DNA of 64,000 nucleotides from NCBI GenBank assembly GCA_041651415.1, contig JBAZJH010000002.1, positions 20,474 to 84,473 of the forward strand, written 5' to 3'. Under the pieces are notes generated by a model. The model saw nothing but the letters and a program-made list of their open reading frames with translations, was not told where the DNA came from and ran no database searches. The translations under genes and the position numbers were made by a program. Numbering within the stretch: position 1 is the stretch's first letter; each line of letters starts with the position of its first letter. Of this stretch, positions 1-7,116 are shown piece after piece. Source of the DNA: Minisyncoccota bacterium. Lineage in GTDB: Bacteria > Patescibacteriota > Minisyncoccia > UBA6257 > XYB1-36-10.

Positions 1-140
1 GCAAAAAGAGCCGAGAGAAGAGAAAAAGAAATCCAAACAAAATTTTCGGACATAATAAAATTATAAAACAAGCGAAGAAGAAAAAGCAAAAATCATTCCT
101 CATGGACATATTTTTCTTTATCGTGATATGATGGAATTGT

Positions 141-920
141 ATGTATCATGAGCTCACAAAGCAAGATATTAAAAAATTTCTAAAAGTTTCCGATTCTTAT
201 CGTGTCGATGCCGTGTTGGTATCTGGTACAAATCCCCGCAAAAAAGAACATCCTTATCTATATGAAGCGTTGGAAAAAATCAACGTTGATTATCAAGAAG
301 AAACAATCGAAAATGAATTTTTCGGCGAAATAAAAAGTTTTTTTATAAATGGAAAACGTATTTGGTTTGACGCGGTATACGGATCGGCATATTTAAGCGA
401 ATTTTTACATGTAGCGTCGCTACTTGGATCAAAAGCGAATGTTCTTTTAGGCTCTTGTGGTGCATTAAGAGAAGAAATAGAGACGGGAGAAATAGTAATT
501 CCCTCCGCAAGTTTCGGAAATGAAAGCGCAACCCGAATGTATCAAAGAGATAATGATTTATTTTTTTACGCCGCCGATGTGAGTCTCTCCGAAGAATTCG
601 AAAAATATCTTCCAAAACAAAAAAAAATACACAAGGGAAAATTGATCGCCGTTCAAGCAATGCTCGCAGAGACAAAAGAAGATGTTACCTCCTGGGAAAA
701 TGAAGGGTATCTTTGTGTGGATATGGAATCAGCAACTGTTTTTTCCGTTTCCAAACATTTTAATGTTCCCGCCGCGGCACTTCTTTATGTTGCTGATAAT
801 CTTATTAAAAATGAATTAACAACGGATGAAAATTTTTCATCTTTCCGAGAAAAAAGAAAAATAGCAAAAAAAGAAAATTATCTTGCGGCTTTAAAATTAC
901 TTCTAGAGATAATAAAATAA
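141..920 (+). CDS. Nucleoside phosphorylase (PNP/UDP family)
   Basis: LLGSCGAL, GEIVIP and CVDMESATVFSVS motifs of the PNP_UDP_1 fold. Confidence 0.8.
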   Translation: MYHELTKQDIKKFLKVSDSYRVDAVLVSGTNPRKKEHPYLYEALEKINVDYQEETIENEFFGEIKSFFINGKRIWFDAVYGSAYLSEFLHVASLLGSKANVLLGSCGALREEIETGEIVIPSASFGNESATRMYQRDNDLFFYAADVSLSEEFEKYLPKQKKIHKGKLIAVQAMLAETKEDVTSWENEGYLCVDMESATVFSVSKHFNVPAAALLYVADNLIKNELTTDENFSSFREKRKIAKKENYLAALKLLLEIIK

Positions 921-932
921 AATTAAAAAAGC

Positions 933-966
933 GGGCTTATAATTTAAATTATTAAATTATAAGCCC
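933..966. terminator. Bidirectional intrinsic terminator
   Basis: 15-bp perfect stem GGGCTTATAATTTAA/TTAAATTATAAGCCC with A and T tracts, between convergent genes. Confidence 0.8.
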
Positions 967-977
967 TATTTTTAAGC

Positions 978-1049
978 TTATTCAGAACAAACCATACCTT
1001 TCGATGAGCAGGTTTTTAATTTTTTGCCCATCTTTTGTACTTTTGACAC
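978..1049 (-). CDS. 23-aa Cys-containing peptide MSKVQKMGKKLKTCSSKGMVCSE, candidate RiPP precursor
   Basis: GTG start 8 nt after GGAGG in a perfect SD (AAGGAGGTGA) that overlaps the rSAM stop codon; TAA stop just before the terminator. Confidence 0.65.
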   Translation of the reverse strand: MSKVQKMGKKLKTCSSKGMVCSE

Positions 1050-1054
1050 AATAA

Positions 1055-2209
1055 TCACCTCCTTTCTTTACACTCAATGTGCGGCAATGCGGGACCATCA
1101 ATTTTTCCAGTAAAACCAAAAACCAACGATCTGTCCGCAAAAGAGCATTCATATCGACATTTTCCGCAACCGGTATTTTGATAGGTTTGTTGACGGATTT
1201 TATTAAGAATATCAGAACTTAACCAAATTTCTGATAAGTTATCTGATAAACAAGAACCGAGTCTCCATGATGGCTGATTAAGAAAAGGAAATGGAAAAAT
1301 ATCTCCAACAGCATCAATATAAAGAAATGAATACCCTCCTGGAGAAACAATACGTAAAACATCTTTTACAGTTTCATCGTCGCATATTTTTTTTTCAAGG
1401 AAAGTATCCAGTTCGATGTTACAATCTTCCGCGTATCTTTTAAGATCAGGTAATTTGTCGCGAAATCGATTAATGATTGCACAATATTCAGTCCAAGAAA
1501 TAAATTTCGATCTACCGATAGGAACTTGGGGTGAAATACGTATTTTTTTAAAATTATGAACGGCGCAAAATTCTATTATTTCACCCAATCGATCTACGTT
1601 TTTTTCTTGAAGAACAGTGGCTATCACTATGTTTAGCTCTTTTTCTCTAATAAGATTTATGGAACGGGTAAATAATCTCCACGCGTCTCGATTAACGATT
1701 TGATTAAATGTTTCACCAACTCCATCCAAAGATATTTGAATTCTGAAAAAAACATGAAGACACTCGATATTTTTATCAGAGAAACAAAGACCATTAGTGA
1801 GAAGATTTTGCGCAAAACCAAGTTCTTCGGCATATTTCACAAATGTCCAAAATCCTTTTCGAAAAAGCGGTTCTCCTCCGCTCCATTCAATATTAAGCAC
1901 CCCCACATCAGCTGATCGCTCGAGTAATGTCATAATTTGCTTATGAGTCATCTGTGGCGGCATTATTTTGTTATCTCCACTAAATACCGCGCAAGTTTTA
2001 CACCGTAAATTGCAAAAATTAGTAACTTGAATCTGCACTTTAATCGGAGCAGAAAATGTTTCTTTCGGATATTCCAAGTTTTTTACAATTATTGCGTCTG
2101 GAATTTCTTCTAAAATTTCTTTAATATCCGCAGGCAAAACCGAATATAATTCGCCATTTTCCATTATAAGATAAGCTTCAAGAAACGGTTCATATCGTAT
2201 TCTTCTCAT
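1055..2209 (-). CDS. Radical SAM protein with SPASM-like C-terminal domain
   Basis: CNLRCKTC (CxxxCxxC), SGGEPL, QISLDG; C-terminal CGKCRYEC...C. Confidence 0.9.
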   Translation of the reverse strand: MRRIRYEPFLEAYLIMENGELYSVLPADIKEILEEIPDAIIVKNLEYPKETFSAPIKVQIQVTNFCNLRCKTCAVFSGDNKIMPPQMTHKQIMTLLERSADVGVLNIEWSGGEPLFRKGFWTFVKYAEELGFAQNLLTNGLCFSDKNIECLHVFFRIQISLDGVGETFNQIVNRDAWRLFTRSINLIREKELNIVIATVLQEKNVDRLGEIIEFCAVHNFKKIRISPQVPIGRSKFISWTEYCAIINRFRDKLPDLKRYAEDCNIELDTFLEKKICDDETVKDVLRIVSPGGYSFLYIDAVGDIFPFPFLNQPSWRLGSCLSDNLSEIWLSSDILNKIRQQTYQNTGCGKCRYECSFADRSLVFGFTGKIDGPALPHIECKERR

Positions 2210-2274
2210 TTCTTTTTTCCTTCCTTACTTTTATTTTTAAGGTCTTCCAAGATTATTTTTAAACTGCTGTTTTT

Positions 2275-2303
2275 AACATATTCTTAATAGTTGTTTTTGT
2301 CAA
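2275..2303 (-). promoter_or_regulatory. Sigma70 promoter for the rSAM-peptide operon
   Basis: TTGACA-17 nt-TATGTT on the minus strand. Confidence 0.6.
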
Positions 2304-2376
2304 TTTATGGAAAATGTGTTCAAGTTTTGTCGAATTACCACTCTTAAAGACGAGAACAATAAGGAAAAAAGGTAGG

Positions 2377-2898
2377 TTAAAATTCTCTGCCTTTTTCGCC
2401 TGACACTCCTTCTTGAAAGGGGTGTTTTATTTCAGCGCAATCGGTAGCGAGGTCGGCAATTTGAAGAAAAGAAACGGGAGCGTTTCGACCGGTAAACATA
2501 ATGTCCGTTTCTTTGGGAACTTTTTTAACAAAATCAAGAACGGAGGATTCGGAGAGAAGATTTAAAGAAAGAGCATTATTGATTTCATCAAAAACGACAA
2601 GATTGTAGGCGCCAGAGGTAGCAGCCATGGAAGCTTTTTGAAAAGTTTCTTCCGCCTTTTTTTTATGTTCCTCAATGGGAAGCTTGTCGCCTAAAATGCC
2701 GACAAAGCCAAGACCGCCTTTTTCAAAATGAAAATTTTCTCCGAAGTTTGAAAGAATTTTATCCTCCCCTGCCGGAAAATTGTCGCTTTTAATAAACTCC
2801 GCGAAAAAAACTTTGCCGCCTTGGCCTAAAACGCGAATCGCCTGTCCGATAGCGGAAGTGGTTTTTCCTTTGCCATTGCCGGTGATTATCAAGAACAT
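2377..2898 (-). CDS. cobA: Cob(I)alamin adenosyltransferase (CobA/BtuR/CobO family)
   Basis: TGNGKGKTTSAIGQAIR P-loop, FDEIN, FTGR and IKHPF motifs. Confidence 0.9.
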   Translation of the reverse strand: MFLIITGNGKGKTTSAIGQAIRVLGQGGKVFFAEFIKSDNFPAGEDKILSNFGENFHFEKGGLGFVGILGDKLPIEEHKKKAEETFQKASMAATSGAYNLVVFDEINNALSLNLLSESSVLDFVKKVPKETDIMFTGRNAPVSFLQIADLATDCAEIKHPFQEGVSGEKGREF

Positions 2899-2918
2899 AA
2901 AAATAAATAATATTAGAG

Positions 2919-2955
2919 TAGCCCTTCGACTTTACTATGTTTCGCTCAGGGACTA
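2919..2955. repeat. REP-like palindrome family B (CCCTTCGACT...GCTCAGGG)
   Basis: Related copies at 40028-40050, 42925-42948 and 57535-57558. Confidence 0.6.
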
Positions 2956-2980
2956 ATAAAGATAGGTTTTGAGATTTTTA

Positions 2981-3009
2981 TTGACAAGTTTGTTAAAGAA
3001 TGCTATATT
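2981..3009 (+). promoter_or_regulatory. Sigma70 promoter
   Basis: TTGACA-17 nt-TATATT with extended TG. Confidence 0.7.
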
Positions 3010-3049
3010 TGAAAAAGAGTTTTAAACAATCAAATAAACGGAGGAGAAA

Positions 3050-3208
3050 ATGGAAAAGATAGTGAAATTAAAAATTTTTTATTCTTGTCTTTCTGCAATC
3101 GATGTAATGATAGCTCTAACGCCTGCAATAGCAGGTTCGTTAGAGCCAGTTTTTTGGGGTTTTGCGGTATTATCAGGATTATTATCAATAAATATTCCAA
3201 AAGACTAA
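3050..3208 (+). CDS. 52-aa hydrophobic small protein
   Basis: GGAGG SD and ATG; MEKIVKLKIFYSCLSAIDVMIALTPAIAGSLEPVFWGFAVLSGLLSINIPKD; own promoter and terminator. Confidence 0.6.
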   Translation: MEKIVKLKIFYSCLSAIDVMIALTPAIAGSLEPVFWGFAVLSGLLSINIPKD

Positions 3209-3243
3209 AAACAAACTTCACAATTTATAAGAATTATTTGTCA

Positions 3244-3280
3244 TCCCGCGAACATTTTTATGTTTGCGGGATTTTTATTT
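3244..3280. terminator. Intrinsic terminator
   Basis: TCCCGCGAACA/TGTTTGCGGGA stem followed by a T tract. Confidence 0.75.
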
Positions 3281-3291
3281 TCAAAATACTT

Positions 3292-6066
3292 TTAAGAACA
3301 GCCGCCGGAGGATTCGCCGCATTCAAGGCAGGTTTGGCAGGTGCCGGTTCGAACCATCATCCCGCCGCATTTTTTACAGACAGTGCCGGAAAATACTTGT
3401 CCGTTTTTTAGAGGAGAAGAATAAGAAACAGTTCTGATTTCTTCATTTTTAGCTTCTTTAATTTCAGCGACAGAGGGAACAGAAGCGGCATCTTTTGAAA
3501 TGGAAGCAAGATAAGAAGCGGAGGGAGAAAGGCCGAATTCAAAAAGTTCTTCCGGAGAAAGAAAGCGGAGAGCGAGATAGCGGAAAATGTAATCAATAAT
3601 GCTTGTCGCTATTTTTATTTCCGGATTGTCGGTGAAACCGGCCGGTTCAAAACGGCTATGAATAAATTTGTGAGTAAGGTCTTTCAGAGGAACGCCGTAT
3701 TGGAGCGACATAGAAATTGTGATGGCAAAAGCATCAAGGAGGCCGGAAAGAGTGCTCCCCTGCTTTGCCATTCTAATAAATATTTCCGCCGGAGCGCCGT
3801 CTTCATACATACTATAGGTGAGATAACCTTCGTGGCCGGCAATGGAAAATTTGTGAGTTTCGGAAGGACGGGTTTTCGGCAGGCGGCGGCGGAAAGGTTT
3901 TGATTCCGAAATATTTTCTTTCTGTTCGGATTCTTTTTCTTTAGGTTTCGAAGTATTGAGCGGTTGAGTGGATTTTGAACCGTCGCGATAAACGGCAAAA
4001 GCTTTAATGCCTAGTTTCCAAGCCATAAGATAAGCATCATAAATTTCTTCAACAGTGGCGCTACTATCCATATTGAAAGTTTTAGAAATGGCGCCGGAAA
4101 TAAAAGGCTGGGCCGCGGCAACCATTTTGACGTGGCCGCGCCAAGAGATGGAACGGGAGCCATTGGCCGGTTTAACAGCGCAATCAAAAATGGAAAGATG
4201 CTCTTCTTTCAAGAAAGGCGCGCCTTCAATGGTATTATTTTTTTCAATAAAAGAAACAATTTCACCGGCTTCAATTTCTGAATAATTAAGATTAAGGAGA
4301 GCATTTTTTACGCCTTGATTAACAAGCTTCATCCAGCCGCCGCCAACCAGCTGTTTCATTTTAACGAGAGAGAATTCCGGTTCGATGCCGGTTGTGTCGC
4401 AGTCCATCATAAAGGAAATGGTGCCGGTTGGAGCAAGAACAGAAACTTGCGAATTGCGAAAGCCGTTTTTTCTGCCGAGTTCCAAAGCTTCATCCCAAAC
4501 TTTGAGAGCTTCCGCAGAAAGATTAGGGTCGTTTAAAAGAGAAACATTAACGCGGCGGGAAGCATCGCGGTGTTTTTCAATAACATAAAGCATAGCATCT
4601 TTATTTTTTTCATAGCCGGTAAAAGGACCGGTGAGAGCGGAGATTTCAGCGGAAAATCGATAAGCTTCGCCGGTTAAAAGAGAAGTGACAGAAGAAACGA
4701 AAGCGCGGCCTTCTTCGGAATCGTAAGCCAGGCCTTTAGACATCAAAGCGGCGCCGATATTAGCATAGCCCAAACCAAGCTGACGGAAATTTTTGGCGTT
4801 CTCGGTTATCTTTTCTGTCGGATAACTGGAGTGGCCGACAATTATTTCCTGCGCCAAAATTAAAATATCAACGGCGTGCTTAAATTCTTTAACTTTAAAA
4901 CTGCCATCATCTTCCAGAAATTTCATTATATTCAAAGAAGCGAGATTGCAAGCGGAGTCATCAAGATGCATATATTCGGAACAGGGGTTGGAAGCGTTGA
5001 TGCGGCCGGAAACGGGGCAGGTGTGCCAATCATTAATAGTAGTGTCAAACTGAACGCCCGGGTCGCCGCAAGCCCAAGCGGCTTTCGCAACTTCCATTAA
5101 GACATCTTTAGCTTTGTGAGTTTCCGCCGCTCCCCCGCCATTCACAAATTCCGTTTGCCAATCGCCATCTTTTTCAACTTTTTTCATAAAGTCATCAGAA
5201 AGACGGACGGAATTATTAGCATTTTGAAACTGGATAGAATACCAAGCTTCATTATTCAAATCGGCCATATTATAGCCGGCTTCGGCAAGAGCTCTGATTT
5301 TCTTTTCTTCTTCGGCTTTACAGCGGATAAAATCAAGAATATCGGGATGCTTGTCATTTAAAACCACCATTTTGGCGGCGCGGCGAGTGGTGCCGCCGGA
5401 TTTAATCATGCCGGCAACAGAGTCAGCGCCGCGCATAAAAGAGACCGGACCGGAAGCGCGGCCGCCGGCGGAAAGAAGTTCATATTTAGAACGAAGAGGA
5501 GAAAGATTAATACCGGCGCCGGAACCGCCTTTAAAAATTACGCCTTCGTTTTTTACCCAATCAAGAATAGAACCCATATCATCTTTAACAGAAAGAATGA
5601 AACAAGCGGAACATTGAGGGCGTTCCACACGGCCGACATTAAACCAAACCGGACTGTTAAAACTGCCTTTTTGAAAAAGAATCAAGTGAGCGAGTTCGCT
5701 TTCAAAAATGGCGGCTTCTTCAGAACCGGAAAAATAACCGGAGGATTCTCCCCAACCGCGAATGGTTTTGACAACGCGGGAAATCATTTCTTTGGCGCTT
5801 CGCTCCCGTTCGGGAGTGCCGAGTTTGCCGCGAAAATATTTGGAGGCGGTGATATTGACGGCGTTTTCCGACCAAAATTCGGGAAATTCCACTCCCCTCT
5901 GTTCAAAAGCTTTCTTCTCTCCGGAACCGACAGCGGCATCGCGTCTTACCCAAGACACCTCTTCAAAAGGATAAGTTTCAGATTTTGAAAAAAAACGTTT
6001 AAGGTTTAAAGATTTTTCCAAAACTGATTTTTTTTTGTCGGCAACCGGAAGATTTTGAGAAGGCAT
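3292..6066 (-). CDS. nrdJ: Vitamin B12-dependent (class II) ribonucleotide reductase with TSCPD domain
   Basis: QCSACFI, RRAAKM, ASNPCSEY, LAPTGTISFMM, GAISKTFN and C-terminal CxxC...CxxC...GGCS motifs. Confidence 0.93.
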   Translation of the reverse strand: MPSQNLPVADKKKSVLEKSLNLKRFFSKSETYPFEEVSWVRRDAAVGSGEKKAFEQRGVEFPEFWSENAVNITASKYFRGKLGTPERERSAKEMISRVVKTIRGWGESSGYFSGSEEAAIFESELAHLILFQKGSFNSPVWFNVGRVERPQCSACFILSVKDDMGSILDWVKNEGVIFKGGSGAGINLSPLRSKYELLSAGGRASGPVSFMRGADSVAGMIKSGGTTRRAAKMVVLNDKHPDILDFIRCKAEEEKKIRALAEAGYNMADLNNEAWYSIQFQNANNSVRLSDDFMKKVEKDGDWQTEFVNGGGAAETHKAKDVLMEVAKAAWACGDPGVQFDTTINDWHTCPVSGRINASNPCSEYMHLDDSACNLASLNIMKFLEDDGSFKVKEFKHAVDILILAQEIIVGHSSYPTEKITENAKNFRQLGLGYANIGAALMSKGLAYDSEEGRAFVSSVTSLLTGEAYRFSAEISALTGPFTGYEKNKDAMLYVIEKHRDASRRVNVSLLNDPNLSAEALKVWDEALELGRKNGFRNSQVSVLAPTGTISFMMDCDTTGIEPEFSLVKMKQLVGGGWMKLVNQGVKNALLNLNYSEIEAGEIVSFIEKNNTIEGAPFLKEEHLSIFDCAVKPANGSRSISWRGHVKMVAAAQPFISGAISKTFNMDSSATVEEIYDAYLMAWKLGIKAFAVYRDGSKSTQPLNTSKPKEKESEQKENISESKPFRRRLPKTRPSETHKFSIAGHEGYLTYSMYEDGAPAEIFIRMAKQGSTLSGLLDAFAITISMSLQYGVPLKDLTHKFIHSRFEPAGFTDNPEIKIATSIIDYIFRYLALRFLSPEELFEFGLSPSASYLASISKDAASVPSVAEIKEAKNEEIRTVSYSSPLKNGQVFSGTVCKKCGGMMVRTGTCQTCLECGESSGGCS

Positions 6067-6132
6067 AGTGGGTTTTTTAAATAATTTTAATTAATGCGTA
6101 CTCCCATTATAAACCAAGAATAAGAAAAGCAA

Positions 6133-6141
6133 TGTGGAAAA
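6133..6141 (-). promoter_or_regulatory. DnaA-box-like 9-mer upstream of nrdJ
   Basis: TTTTCCACA matches TTWTNCACA; lies 21 nt upstream of a TATAAT (6106-6111). Confidence 0.4.
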
Positions 6142-6243
6142 CGCTTAAGGGGATTTTTTTGACTTTTTGTCTAAAAAATAGCTATAATAAAAATAGAAAA
6201 ATAAAAAAACGATTCACAAATTTGAAAAGAAAGGAAGAAAAAG

Positions 6244-6348
6244 ATGAAGAGTTTTTTAAAGTTGGAGATTATCGGAATTATAGCGCTTTTGGCACTTATA
6301 ATTCTTCCATCAACAAGAGAATATATATTTTATCCAGACAGATATTAA
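6244..6348 (+). CDS. 34-aa single-TM peptide
   Basis: Promoter TTGACT-18-TATAAT (6159-6188), AAGGA SD; MKSFLKLEIIGIIALLALIILPSTREYIFYPDRY. Confidence 0.55.
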   Translation: MKSFLKLEIIGIIALLALIILPSTREYIFYPDRY

Positions 6349-6362
6349 GGAGAAAAGTAAAA

Positions 6363-6467
6363 ATGAGAAAAATAATTTCTCTTTTTATCCTTTATGCGGG
6401 CATTGTTGTTGTTTCTATTATCGCAGTTCTTTTAATGCTTTTTAGATTTGACCAGGAAGATGATTAA
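6363..6467 (+). CDS. 34-aa single-TM peptide
   Basis: AAGGAG SD overlapping the previous stop; MRKIISLFILYAGIVVVSIIAVLLMLFRFDQEDD. Confidence 0.6.
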   Translation: MRKIISLFILYAGIVVVSIIAVLLMLFRFDQEDD

Positions 6468-6490
6468 CTTTCGTCTAATAACGAAGCAAG

Positions 6491-6518
6491 TCCGCCTAAC
6501 ATTAGGCGGGATTTTTTT
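6491..6518 (+). terminator. Intrinsic terminator
   Basis: CCGCCTAA/TTAGGCGG stem followed by T7. Confidence 0.75.
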
Positions 6519-6643
6519 GAAAATTAAAAAATAATAAAGCAAGAATTGATTTGACATTAAAGATTATTTGTATTATACTATAAAAAGTTCTTCATAAATA
6601 AAGAAGAGCAAAATAAAAACTCGCAGGATGCCTAAGGAGGCGC

Positions 6644-6952
6644 ATGATGAGTAATCATTCTTTGGTTTGTAGGTTGATTGATTTAGGATTTTTTTCGGCG
6701 CTCGGGACGACAGAGTATCCCGGCGGTGGGAATGTAGGAAGTTATGTTGAAAAAGGAAAACCTTTCACGTGGGATAAAAACAACGGCGTGACCGTTGTTT
6801 ACGATGAGAGAGGATGGCCGTGGATCGGAAGAAGTCTTGAGCCACCTCTTCAAGGAGAAAATTATTATTTCGCTTTGACTCGCGGGGCGTATGTCCCCCA
6901 CTCAAACGACGGCGGACACTTCATTCAAGAAGTTTTGCCGACTCTTTTGTAG
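6644..6952 (+). CDS. Hypothetical protein (start 6644 or 6647)
   Basis: TTGACA-17-TATACT promoter (6551-6579), AAGGAGG SD, terminator at 6960-6998. Confidence 0.75.
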   Translation: MMSNHSLVCRLIDLGFFSALGTTEYPGGGNVGSYVEKGKPFTWDKNNGVTVVYDERGWPWIGRSLEPPLQGENYYFALTRGAYVPHSNDGGHFIQEVLPTLL

Positions 6953-6959
6953 CTTCTTC

Positions 6960-6998
6960 ATTCCCGCAAGCTTAATTGCTTGCGGGAATTTTGTTTTT
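6960..6998 (+). terminator. Intrinsic terminator
   Basis: ATTCCCGCAAGC/GCTTGCGGGAAT stem followed by a T tract. Confidence 0.75.
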
Positions 6999-7116
6999 AA
7001 ATTTTCAAAAGATTTATTAAGGAAACTCCGACCGAAGTCGGGATGCTCAAATTTTTGAATAAGTTTATAAATAAACTTATTCAAAATTTGGCAAATTTGG
7101 TATAATATAGAACAAA

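Noticed and set aside
2899-3291. Cobalamin riboswitch near cobA/nrdJ
   Set aside because: No B12-box or conserved core seen; the region is explained by the mini-cassette
3292-6066. Intein or intron in nrdJ
   Set aside because: Continuous ORF of ordinary length with no splice-junction motifs or endonuclease insert
6132-6467. 111-aa ORF from the track
   Set aside because: It runs through a promoter; better explained as two 34-aa SD-led ORFs
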